Assembly (NCBI GenBank): GCA_043826355.1
Contig: JBDRQI010000003.1
Location: 18,157 to 82,156 of the forward strand
From: Candidatus Omnitrophota bacterium
GTDB taxonomy: Bacteria; Ratteibacteria; UBA8468; MWAK01
Direction: 5' to 3'
DNA: 64,000 bases
The position numbers were made by a program, and so were the translations under genes. Below, piece after piece: positions 8,359 to 21,542 of the stretch; within the stretch, counting starts at the first letter, position 1, and each line of letters opens with the position of its first letter. The notes under the pieces are model-generated. The model was not told where the DNA came from. It searched no databases and worked only from the letters and a program-made list of their open reading frames with translations.

Positions 8359-9709
8359 CACTAATTCCAAAGAAACCCTTAATTTACTGGAAGAACGCGT
8401 TCCACCCCACAACCTGGAAGCGGAGATGGCGCTTTTAGGCGCTATGCTCCTTTCGGAAGAAGCGCGCCTTCTGGCTATTGAACAGGTACGAACCGGTTAC
8501 TTCTACAAAAAAGCGAACAGTCGCATTTTTGAGGCAATCTGTAAACTTTTTGAAGCAAATCAGCCCTGTGACCTGGTAACCCTCACCGACCTTCTGAACC
8601 GGGAAAATATCCTGAAAGAATTGGGCGGCCCGGCCTATCTTGCCGGATTGATTGACCTGGTTCCTACCCCATCCAATATCGGCCAGTATATCAGGATAAC
8701 CGAGGAACACTTCATTCGTCGTTCCCTGATTGACGGTTGTTCTAAAATCATCTCCAAAAGTTACCAGATGGCCGATGACGTGGACGACCTCCTTGATGAC
8801 TCCGAAAAGACAATTTTCCAGATTTCGGAAAGACAGAAACAGGATATCCTTCCCATTCGCCAACTGGTAACCCAGAGTTTTGAAACCCTGTCCAAGCTTT
8901 ACCAGAATCGCGAACACCTCACCGGCCTGGGCACCGGCCTGGAAGAGTTGGATAAGATTACGGGCGGGTTTCAAAATTCCGACCTGATCGTGCTTGCCTC
9001 CCGGCCGTCAATGGGGAAAACCTCCCTGGCCTGTTCAATAGCCCGTTTTCTGGTAGTGGAAAAGAAGGTTCCGGCGCTTTTCTTCAGTCTGGAGATGAGT
9101 TGCGACCAACTGGTGCAGCGAATGATCTGTTCCGAGGCCCGGGTAAATATTCGTGATTTCCGAAGCGGATTTACGAAAGAACCGGATTGGCCAAAGCTCA
9201 CTTCGGCCGCTGGCAGATTAAGCGATTCGCTGCTTTACATTGATGATACACCCGGACTTTCCGCCCTGGAAATCAGGGCAAGGGCGCGGCGGATGGTTGC
9301 CAGAGAGAAAATCAAAATTGTTTTTGTTGATTACCTTCAATTAATAAGAGGACGGGGCAGAGTAGAAAATCGTCAGCAGGAGATTACCGAAATTTCGTCC
9401 GGTTTGAAAAATATGGCCAAAGAATTGAAAATTCCCGTAGTGGCGCTTTCCCAGTTGTCGCGGGCGGTGGAGATGAGGGAAGAACACCAGCCCCGGCTTT
9501 CGGACCTGCGGGAAAGCGGTTCTATTGAACAGGACGCGGACGTGGTCCTTCTCCTGGTTCGCGAAGAGCAGTATACACCAACCGAGGAAAACAAGGGAAA
9601 AGCAAAACTGATTGTAGCTAAACAGCGCAACGGGCCTACCGGTGAGATGGACCTTACTTTCCTTAAAGAATATACCCGTTTCGAAAACCCTTCTTACAGA
9701 ATACCTTAA
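8351..9709 (+). CDS. dnaB: Replicative DNA helicase
   Basis: PPHNLEAE, ASRPSMGKT, VDYLQL, LSDLRESGSIEQDAD and KQRNGPTG motifs. Confidence 0.98.
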   Translation: MDSTNSKETLNLLEERVPPHNLEAEMALLGAMLLSEEARLLAIEQVRTGYFYKKANSRIFEAICKLFEANQPCDLVTLTDLLNRENILKELGGPAYLAGLIDLVPTPSNIGQYIRITEEHFIRRSLIDGCSKIISKSYQMADDVDDLLDDSEKTIFQISERQKQDILPIRQLVTQSFETLSKLYQNREHLTGLGTGLEELDKITGGFQNSDLIVLASRPSMGKTSLACSIARFLVVEKKVPALFFSLEMSCDQLVQRMICSEARVNIRDFRSGFTKEPDWPKLTSAAGRLSDSLLYIDDTPGLSALEIRARARRMVAREKIKIVFVDYLQLIRGRGRVENRQQEITEISSGLKNMAKELKIPVVALSQLSRAVEMREEHQPRLSDLRESGSIEQDADVVLLLVREEQYTPTEENKGKAKLIVAKQRNGPTGEMDLTFLKEYTRFENPSYRIP

Positions 9710-9728
9710 AGGGTTGACGCAGAATAAA

Positions 9729-10439
9729 ATGGTAGCCGTAATTATCGTGGCCGCAGGCAAGGGCGAACGTTTAGCGGCTGGCGTCGACAAACCGTTCATC
9801 AAGTTGAACGGCCGGCCAATCGTCTCTTACAGCTTATCCTTGTTTGAAGAAATAACGGAAATCTCTTCAATAATCCTGGTGGTTTCCGGAGAAAGGATGG
9901 CCGACGCCGCTGCTCTGGTTACCCGATGCGGTTTAAGTAAGGTTAGGAAAATAGCGATTGGCGGTGCCGTTCGGCAGGAATCGGTATTCAACGGTCTGGA
10001 AGCACTCCCCCTTACAACCCGGACCGTCCTGATTCACGATGCCGCCCGGCCCCTGGTTTCCAAAGATAAGGTCGTGCAATTAATCGCCATGGGGGGTAAA
10101 ATTGCAACTATTCCGGCTCTGCCGGTTTCCGATACACTCAAAGAAGTGAAAGGCGGATGTATCCTGCGCACACTTGACCGCCGGCATTTTTATGCGGTTC
10201 AAACACCCCAGGTCTTTCCGCGGGAGGTTATTCTGACCGCCTACCGGCAAGCAAAACGTTTCGGGACGGTCGGCACGGATGATGCCGCGCTGGCCGAGGC
10301 CGCCGGTTTCCCGGTGCAAATTATCGAAGGCGAACGCACCAATATCAAAATTACCTACCCGGATGACCTTATTTACGCCGGGATAATACTAAAATTGAAA
10401 AAACAAAAGCATAAGCACAAATTATCAAACACAGCTTAA
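9729..10439 (+). CDS. ispD: 2-C-methyl-D-erythritol 4-phosphate cytidylyltransferase
   Basis: AAGKGER, RQESV, IHDAARP, QTPQ, TDD and KITYPDD motifs. Confidence 0.95.
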   Translation: MVAVIIVAAGKGERLAAGVDKPFIKLNGRPIVSYSLSLFEEITEISSIILVVSGERMADAAALVTRCGLSKVRKIAIGGAVRQESVFNGLEALPLTTRTVLIHDAARPLVSKDKVVQLIAMGGKIATIPALPVSDTLKEVKGGCILRTLDRRHFYAVQTPQVFPREVILTAYRQAKRFGTVGTDDAALAEAAGFPVQIIEGERTNIKITYPDDLIYAGIILKLKKQKHKHKLSNTA

Positions 10440-10440
10440 G

Positions 10441-10617
10441 ACCGATAATCGTAGATACAGATTAAGGATCAGGTAATGCCAAATTTGCCACGGAAACACG
10501 GAAAAGTTCAATTTAAATATTTTAATCTTTATTATTTAACTTAAAATATCTCTTTGTTTCGTGTTATTCCGTGCTTCCGTGGTATTTTTTTTAGTATCAT
10601 CCGGATGTTTGCGTCCA
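10441..10617. repeat. Nested inverted tandem-repeat elements around an AT-rich spacer
   Basis: ccacggaaacacggaa (10488) pairs with ttccgtgcttccgtgg (10567); outer flanks resemble the 27470-27610 element. Confidence 0.6.
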
Positions 10618-10627
10618 AAATAATTTT

Positions 10628-10999
10628 ATGCCTTACTTAATTGAAGTCACGGGTGCTTTCAGCGCCGCCCATCAGTTGCGCGGTTACCGGGGAAAATGCG
10701 AACACCTTCATGGCCATAACTGGAAGGTGACCATAACGCTCTCGGCCAAAAAAATTGATAAAACAGGCCTGGCAATCGATTTCGGCGAAGTCAAACAGAT
10801 GCTGTCCAAAATCACGCAAACAATGGACCACACCTTTTTAAACGAACATCCGTATTTTCAAAAATCAAATCCTTCCTCGGAGAATATTGCCCGGTATGTT
10901 CACGATTCCGCGCGTTCTCTGCTTTCGAAAAAGAAGGTAAAAGTGGAATCGGTTGCGGTTTGGGAATCCGAAAAAACCAAAGCTGTTTATTCAGAATAA
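10628..10999 (+). CDS. queD: 6-carboxytetrahydropterin synthase
   Basis: FSAAH, CEHLHGHNW, DHTFLN, NPSSENIA and VWES motifs. Confidence 0.96.
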   Translation: MPYLIEVTGAFSAAHQLRGYRGKCEHLHGHNWKVTITLSAKKIDKTGLAIDFGEVKQMLSKITQTMDHTFLNEHPYFQKSNPSSENIARYVHDSARSLLSKKKVKVESVAVWESEKTKAVYSE

Positions 11000-11676
11000 T
11001 GAAGAAGGCGGTAGTTCTTTTATCCGGCGGTCTTGATTCCACCACGGTCCTTTACTGGGCAAAGAAGCGACGTTACCAGGTGCTTCCGCTTGCCTTTGAC
11101 TACGGACAACGTCACGGTAAAAAAGAACTTAGTGCCGCCAGAAAGATAGCCTGCCTGAATGAATTAAACTTAAAGGTTATCCGAATCAGTTTGCCCTGGA
11201 AGGGTAGCAGTCTGATTGATAAGAGTTGCCCCTTGCCACAGGTCTCTTCGGAGAAAGATATCGGCGGGGCAATTCCTTCAACCTACGTTCCGGGCCGAAA
11301 CCTTATTTTTCTCGCCTTCGCCTTTTCCTACGCGGAGTCGGTTAACGCTTCCCTGGTCTTAATCGGCGCCAACAGCGTTGATTTTTCCGGATACCCTGAT
11401 TGCCGGCCCCAGTTTTACCGCCTCCTGAATCGCCTCGCCCAGATCGGAACCAGAGCGGGCTGTGAAGGCCAGCGAATTCAGGTCATTACACCATTAATCT
11501 ATCTCTCCAAAGTCAACATCATTCGCCTGGGGAAAAAATTAAAGGTTCCTTTCCGGTTCACCTGGTCCTGTTACGCGGGCAGAAAAAAACCATGCGGAAG
11601 ATGCGACAGTTGTTTACTGCGCAGCCGGGGTTTTACAGAAGCCGGAATAAAAGACCCGCTTTTTTCCGGCAAATAG
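10999..11676 (+). CDS. queC: 7-cyano-7-deazaguanine synthase
   Basis: LSGGLDS, FDYGQRH, TYVPGRN, GYPDCR and TWSCY...CGRCDSC motifs; TAATG overlap with queD. Confidence 0.97.
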   Translation: MKKAVVLLSGGLDSTTVLYWAKKRRYQVLPLAFDYGQRHGKKELSAARKIACLNELNLKVIRISLPWKGSSLIDKSCPLPQVSSEKDIGGAIPSTYVPGRNLIFLAFAFSYAESVNASLVLIGANSVDFSGYPDCRPQFYRLLNRLAQIGTRAGCEGQRIQVITPLIYLSKVNIIRLGKKLKVPFRFTWSCYAGRKKPCGRCDSCLLRSRGFTEAGIKDPLFSGK

Positions 11677-11703
11677 ACCGATTGTATTCTTTCGCAACCC
11701 CTT

Positions 11704-12402
11704 ATGCGCACCGCTAAAATAAACGAACTGTTTTTTTCCGTTCAAGGGGAAGGTATCTTTATCGGCTATCCCCAGGTATTTGTCCGGTTTGCCGGTTGTA
11801 ACCTGTCCTGCCGGTATTGCGATTTGCCGGAAACTCTCCCGGTAAAAAAAATCACCGCCCCGAAACTCATCGACCGCATTTTAACTATTACCAAGGAAAA
11901 AGGAAGCGTTCATTCCGTTTCGTTGACCGGAGGTGAACCATTACTGCAAGCCGATTTTTTAAACGGTTTCCTTCCGCGTTTAAAACGAAGGAAGCTTCCG
12001 GTATACCTGGAAACCAACGGAACCTTGCCGGAGGAACTTAAAAAAATTGGGAAACAGCTCAATTTTATTGCGATGGACCTGAAAATTCCGAGTGCAACCG
12101 AACAGGCGTCTTGCTGGTGCGTACACCGTCATTTCCTGGAGGAATGTCAGCGTTTTCCAAGTCAAATATTCGTCAAGGTTGTGGTGACAAGCAATACCGA
12201 TTCCAGCGAAATAAATCATGCCGCAAAACTGGTGCGTAAAATTAACGCGAAGATACCCCTGATAATCCAACCGGCATTAGATCGAAACGGAGAACCGGAA
12301 GTAAGCGGTCAAAAATTAACGCATCTTTTTCAGGCGGCCTTTAAGATTTTGTCAACCACCCGTCTTATTCCGCCGGTCCACCGGTTCCTCCGCCTGCCCT
12401 GA
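11704..12402 (+). CDS. queE: 7-carboxy-7-deazaguanine synthase (radical SAM)
   Basis: FFSVQGEG, CNLSCRYCD, TGGEPLLQ and ETNGT motifs; follows queDC. Confidence 0.93.
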   Translation: MRTAKINELFFSVQGEGIFIGYPQVFVRFAGCNLSCRYCDLPETLPVKKITAPKLIDRILTITKEKGSVHSVSLTGGEPLLQADFLNGFLPRLKRRKLPVYLETNGTLPEELKKIGKQLNFIAMDLKIPSATEQASCWCVHRHFLEECQRFPSQIFVKVVVTSNTDSSEINHAAKLVRKINAKIPLIIQPALDRNGEPEVSGQKLTHLFQAAFKILSTTRLIPPVHRFLRLP

Positions 12403-12454
12403 ATTTGTGGTAAAATAGATGTAATTTAAGTTTTAGGGATTTTTGCGTTAATAA

Positions 12455-12542
12455 TGTCTTGCCCAAAAAGAGATTATCACGAACGAAATGAAGCAATCCT
12501 ATACGAGATTACCGCGCCAGCCGAAGTCTGACTCGCAAGACA
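12455..12542. repeat. RPE-like palindromic element
   Basis: tgtcttgc...gaagcaatcc-tatac-gagattacc...ctcgcaagaca with complementary ends TGTCTTGC/GCAAGACA. Confidence 0.5.
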
Positions 12543-12838
12543 CATTCGGAAACGAGTATGGATGTTCTCAGACGCGATGGCAATGCCGGCGCGACCAACA
12601 CCGTTTTGTGGAGAAACAGATTAACCACTACGGCAACCGGGAAGAAGAGGGAATCTATCTTGTTCCCACGTACCTGAGCATCGACCCTGTGTACGGTTTC
12701 ACCCCGCAGGAAGTAAATGCAAACGCCCGGAGCAACTTCAAGGTAATGCGCATTACCGCGAACGGGGTCCATCCAGGAGTCGAGGGCTACCTGCAGATGG
12801 CCGACACTATTTACGGGTGGCTGAAGGGAATTTTTTAA
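12533..12838 (+). pseudogene. C-terminal remnant of an SGNH/GDSL-like hydrolase
   Basis: Ends NGVHPGVEGYLQMADTIYGWL (block V-like xxHP); no N-terminal GDS block; the ORF start lies inside the repeat. Confidence 0.55.
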
Positions 12839-12892
12839 TGGGTAGTGTCAAAAAATCAAACGAAAGGAAATGAAAAATAAAAGGAAACCGGC

Positions 12893-13845
12893 GTGATGAG
12901 GCAACATCTTCTAACAACAATTCGCGTGGCGGTAAGCAGCCTGCTTATCTTTTTAATGGTTGCGCCGGCTGCAAAAATCATATCACCTGTTTTCCCGCTG
13001 GTTGATATCAGCGGTTTTTCGGAAATTATACGTAATACCGACAAGGGATTTCTTTTGCTCGCCGCCGTCTTTTCTCTTATTTCGGCGGTGATGCTGGCCT
13101 GGCGCTGGAAGATTGTTATCTTGAACAACAGACTCTCTTTCCCCTTTTTGCTGCGCCTGACCTTTATCGGTATGTTTTTTAACAACTTTCTGCCCACCGG
13201 CGCCGGTGGGGATATCGTAAAGGGATATTATCTGTTGAAAGGCCGGGAGAAGAAATTGGACCTGGGTATCTCCATCTTTATAGATCGCCTGATTGGAACG
13301 CTATCCATAATGACGATGGGTTTTGTCGCGTCTCTTTTTTTCCCGAACCTGCCCCGAGTTACCGTATATCTGATAGTTATTATTTATATATCTATTCTCT
13401 TTTTTCTGCTCCTTTCCGCCTGGCCCGAACTGGGGAGGATTTTAGGGAAGGTTCTCTTTTTCCATACCTGGGGGAAACCGGCAGAATCAATCCGGCGCTT
13501 CTATTACGGATTACATAATTACCTGCAAAACCCCCGGCCATTATTGCAGGCGCTGCTGGTCTCTTTCGGCTGCCAATTACTCATAATCGACGTAAATTAT
13601 CTGGTTGCACTCGGCTTGAAGGCACCGGTGCCTTTGGGTTCCTTTTTTGTTTCCATTCCTTTAATCTGGTCGTTTGCCGCGGTGCCCTCGCTGGGTGGTC
13701 TCGGCGTCCGGGAAACCGGCTATCTTTTATTCTTTCAGGGCCGGATGGGCCGGGAAAATGCTTTTGCCCTGGCTTTAATTATACTTGGTTTTTCACTTTT
13801 AAACAGCCTCATCGGCGGTTTAATCTATTTTTTGGGGGGTGGACA

Positions 13846-13864
<19 letters not shown>
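12893..13864 (+). CDS. Lysylphosphatidylglycerol synthase TM / flippase-like membrane protein
   Basis: Multiple TM segments; WRW, FFNNFLPTGAGGD, DRL and GGLGVRE motifs. Confidence 0.85.
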
Positions 13865-18314
<4,450 letters not shown>

Positions 18315-18316
<2 letters not shown>

Positions 18317-18400
18317 GGCGACCTTTACGGAAAATGCCAGAATGCCCCGTCCTGTGGACGGGGTTCTTCACTGCAACTATACGGGTTTCCTGGCTTTTTA
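18315..18400 (+). repeat. Direct repeat copy 2 (aminopeptidase 3' end), interrupted by a 43-bp element
   Basis: agggcgacctttac|43-bp insert|tgcaactatacgggtttcctggcttttta; reads GDLYCNYTGFLAFYIK* once the insert is removed. Confidence 0.9.
18329..18371 (+). mobile_element. 43-bp single-hairpin IS200/IS605-type mini-element
   Basis: Follows TTTAC and ends TTCAC; no target duplication relative to the empty copy at 15179; its two halves match the two ends of the 56519-56656 element. Confidence 0.8.
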
Positions 18401-18415
18401 CATAAAGTAATTATT

Positions 18416-19471
18416 TCATTGCGCAGACGCGAAATTAGAGGATAAAACAAAATATTCTTTTAACTTTGACGCCTGAAGATTGTTGGAAATTCGAAGTTTC
18501 TGTTGCCGGCCGGAAATAAAGAAACGCCGCAAGTATTCAACCTCTTCGTAATCAACCCGGTAAGAAGTATCCATCAGACCACTGAGCGCCTGGCGTAAAA
18601 TCTCGCGTTGCAGGGAAATGGGAAGAGATAAAAATTCCCGGCGGGGGATTTTATATCCCTCCGCTGCGTTTGTAGGGGCTCGATTCATCGAGCCCGATGC
18701 GGGTCGCATGAATGCGACCCCTACATTATTAAAAAGACAGCGGGATTTTAAAAAATCAGCGGCCTGGCCGGAAATGTATTGGTAATCGGCGTTCAATATC
18801 TCGGCCATCCGAAAAAGGGCTCCCTTGATGTTGGGATTATACTCCGCAAGCAACGGCAATAGTTCCAGCCGGATACGGTTACGCTGAAATTTCTGGTCCA
18901 GGTTGGTCGCATCGCTGACAAACCGGTAATCTTTTTCCGCCAGAAATCCGGATATCTCAACCCGGCTTACAGAAAGCAGCGGCCGGATGAGATTGATTTT
19001 GGAACCGCTTGAAACAGGACGATAGGGTGTTATTCCGGAAAGACCCTGCAATCCTGTTCCGCGAATAAGGTGTAAAATAATTGTCTCGGCCTGGTCATCT
19101 AACTGGTGACCGGTCGCAATGGAATGACAGGAAAAATGGTCGGCGGTTTTTTTTAAAAAATCATAGCGCGCCTTCCGGGAAGCATCCTCAGCCGCGCCCG
19201 GTTTCAAGGAACCTTTTCCGGCCAGAAACGGAACACGGTATTTGGCAGAGAGTTCCTTGCAGAAAACCGAATCATTTTCGGAAAACGGCCGGAGTCCATG
19301 GTCAAAATGCCCGGCAAAGAGACCGAATTTCAGGCGGGTTTGCCATACCCGCAAAAGATGGAAAAGACAGACTGAGTCCGGGCCCCCGGAAAACGCCAGG
19401 AGCACCCGATCCCCTTTTTTGACCAGGGAATGCTCGATAATATACGCTAAAACCTTATTTTGTATTTTCAT
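18416..19471 (-). CDS. tilS: tRNA(Ile)-lysidine synthetase (short form)
   Basis: AFSGGPDS, DHGLR, ATGHQLDDQAET, IRPLL and RNRIR motifs; ATGA overlap with mutM. Confidence 0.93.
   Translation of the reverse strand: MKIQNKVLAYIIEHSLVKKGDRVLLAFSGGPDSVCLFHLLRVWQTRLKFGLFAGHFDHGLRPFSENDSVFCKELSAKYRVPFLAGKGSLKPGAAEDASRKARYDFLKKTADHFSCHSIATGHQLDDQAETIILHLIRGTGLQGLSGITPYRPVSSGSKINLIRPLLSVSRVEISGFLAEKDYRFVSDATNLDQKFQRNRIRLELLPLLAEYNPNIKGALFRMAEILNADYQYISGQAADFLKSRCLFNNVGVAFMRPASGSMNRAPTNAAEGYKIPRREFLSLPISLQREILRQALSGLMDTSYRVDYEEVEYLRRFFISGRQQKLRISNNLQASKLKEYFVLSSNFASAQ
18672..18724. repeat. GTAG-type REP doublet in frame inside tilS
   Basis: GTAG-gggctcgattcatcgagccc-gatgc-gggtcgcatgaatgcgaccc-CTAC; two inverted hairpin units. 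Confidence 0.8.
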
Positions 19472-20277
19472 ATCTGGCAGGACGGGCAGAAATAGGTGGA
19501 ACGGCTTCCGTCTTTTTGGACTCTGACCAGATTTCCGCAACATCGGCACGGCTGTCCTTTCCGCCGATAAACAAAAAGGCTGTTTTGGAATTTTCCGTAG
19601 CTGCCGTCCGGTTTCAGGTAATCCTGGATTGATGTCCCGCCTGCCTTGAGCGCTTCCTTAAGCGTTGATTTTATCGCCCGATAGAGTTTTTTTGTTTCGG
19701 CCGGCTGTAAAGCGGAGACCCTCCGGTCCGGATGAATGCCGGCCCGGAAAAGCGCCTCGGTCGCATAAATATTGCCCAGACCGGCTATTCTCTGCTGGTC
19801 AAGCAGAAACGTCTTGATACGACTGTTTTTCCCGAAGATGATCTGTTTCCAACATTCAAAGGTAAAATCGGGCGTCAAAGGTTCCGGACCTAAATTTAAT
19901 TTTATTTCCGGGTCTTCACGGCGCAGGGTAAACCCGCCGAAACGCCGCAGGTCATGGTAATAAAGCCGGGACCCGTCCTGGAACAAAAAAAGGACGTGAT
20001 GGCGAATCTTGGGCTCCGATCCGGAAGAGTAGAGGAGTTGTCCGGAAAGTTTAAGGTGTACCTGAAGGTACAAGGACGGCTTGAGGTCAAAGATGAGGTA
20101 TTTACCTCTGCGTCGGATATTACCAATTTCCCTGCCGATAATCTTTCGTTGAAAAAAAACCGGGGAAGTCTCTTTAATCAGTTTGGGAACCAGGATTTTT
20201 ACTGCCTGAATTTTTTTACCGACTAAATCTTTAACCAATTGTCGGCGAATAGTCTCAACTTCCGGTAATTCCGGCAT
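19468..20277 (-). CDS. mutM: Formamidopyrimidine-DNA glycosylase
   Basis: MPELPEVE start, RRGKYL, GLGNIYA and C-terminal zinc finger. Confidence 0.97.
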   Translation of the reverse strand: MPELPEVETIRRQLVKDLVGKKIQAVKILVPKLIKETSPVFFQRKIIGREIGNIRRRGKYLIFDLKPSLYLQVHLKLSGQLLYSSGSEPKIRHHVLFLFQDGSRLYYHDLRRFGGFTLRREDPEIKLNLGPEPLTPDFTFECWKQIIFGKNSRIKTFLLDQQRIAGLGNIYATEALFRAGIHPDRRVSALQPAETKKLYRAIKSTLKEALKAGGTSIQDYLKPDGSYGKFQNSLFVYRRKGQPCRCCGNLVRVQKDGSRSTYFCPSCQI

Positions 20278-20281
20278 AATA

Positions 20282-20719
20282 TTACATCTCTTCCGTTTCT
20301 TTTTGGGGATAAGAAAGTTGATACCGCGAATCAAGATAATCCTGCAGAATTATCTGGGCGGAAAGGCGGTCAATTATATTCTTTCTTTTTTGACGGGAAA
20401 GGTCCGCGGAAAGGAGATAACGTTCCGCCAATTTACTGCTCAACCTTTCGTCCCACCTGGTTACCGCGCACCCGGTGATTTCCCGCAACTTCTCCATAAA
20501 TCCGAGTATTGTCTTGGCCTGGGAACCCTCCTGATTATCCAGGGTTTTAGGCATGCCCACCACCAGCAGTTGCACCCGGTATTCCCGGATTATTTCCGGT
20601 ATTTGTTTTTCCCATTGATTTTTGGGAATGACGGCCAGGCCCCGGGCCAGGGAACCATTTTCGTCGGAAATGGCCAGCCCGATGGACCGGTGACCGTAAT
20701 CAATTCCCAGGATTCGCAT
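20282..20719 (-). CDS. ruvX: YqgF/RuvX pre-16S rRNA nuclease / Holliday junction resolvase-like protein
   Basis: ILGIDYG, IGLAISD, VVGMP, WDERLSS and ID..SA.IILQ motifs. Confidence 0.93.
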   Translation of the reverse strand: MRILGIDYGHRSIGLAISDENGSLARGLAVIPKNQWEKQIPEIIREYRVQLLVVGMPKTLDNQEGSQAKTILGFMEKLREITGCAVTRWDERLSSKLAERYLLSADLSRQKRKNIIDRLSAQIILQDYLDSRYQLSYPQKETEEM

Positions 20720-21542
20720 TTTTTATCGCCTCGGCTATCGCCAGGGCCCTTTTTACCTCCTTGACGTCATGTACCCGGAAGATAGCGCCCCCGGATAAAT
20801 AAGCGGTAACTACCGCGGCGATGGTGCCTTCCAGCCGTTCGTTAACCGCCAGACCGGTAATTTTGCCGATAAACGCTTTTCGGGAAGGACCCACCAGAAT
20901 AGGCCGGGAAAGTTCCGCGAAATCATTAAGCCGCTTCAGGATGGTCAAATTATGCTCCGGGGTTTTGCCGAAACCGATGCCCGGGTCAATTACAATCTGT
21001 TCTTCGGAAACTCCGGATTTTTTTGCCTCGGCTATTTTTTCCGCCAGAAACTGCCTTATTTCCGCAATTACGTCCCGGTAAGACGGATTCTCCTGCATGG
21101 TGGCGGGGGTTCCCTGCATGTGCATTAAAACTAAGCCGGACTTGTTCTCGGCAGCCAGTTCCAGAATGCGCCTGTCTTTTCCGGCCGTTATGTCGTTAAT
21201 GATAGCAGCACCGGTTTTAAGCGCTTCCGCAGCCACCCTCGCTTTACAGGTATCCACGGAAACCGGAACCCGGGTTTTAGCGCAAATCTCTTCCAGAGCA
21301 GGCATCAATCTTTTCAATTCTTCTTCCTCAGAAACAGGAATGCTGCCGGGGCGGGTTGATACCGCGCCAATGTCGATGATATCAGCGCCTTCCTTTTCCA
21401 TTAAAAAAGCATGTTCCAATGCTTTCTGGCGGGACGGGTATAAACCGTCTCCGGAAAAAGAATCAGGCGTCAGGTTTAAGATACCCATAATCCTGGGCCG
21501 GGTAAGGTCAAAAACCGTATTTTTAATCAGCCAGTCAGGCAT
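20700..21542 (-). CDS. folP: Dihydropteroate synthase
   Basis: MGILNLTPDSFS, STRPG, DPGIGFGK, SRK and RVHDV motifs. Confidence 0.97.
   Translation of the reverse strand: MPDWLIKNTVFDLTRPRIMGILNLTPDSFSGDGLYPSRQKALEHAFLMEKEGADIIDIGAVSTRPGSIPVSEEEELKRLMPALEEICAKTRVPVSVDTCKARVAAEALKTGAAIINDITAGKDRRILELAAENKSGLVLMHMQGTPATMQENPSYRDVIAEIRQFLAEKIAEAKKSGVSEEQIVIDPGIGFGKTPEHNLTILKRLNDFAELSRPILVGPSRKAFIGKITGLAVNERLEGTIAAVVTAYLSGGAIFRVHDVKEVKRALAIAEAIKNANPGN

Noticed and set aside
10628..12402. queDCE as part of a 7-deazaguanine DNA-modification (dpd) system
   Set aside because: No DpdA/TGT-like or other dpd genes nearby; ordinary preQ0 synthesis is the simpler reading
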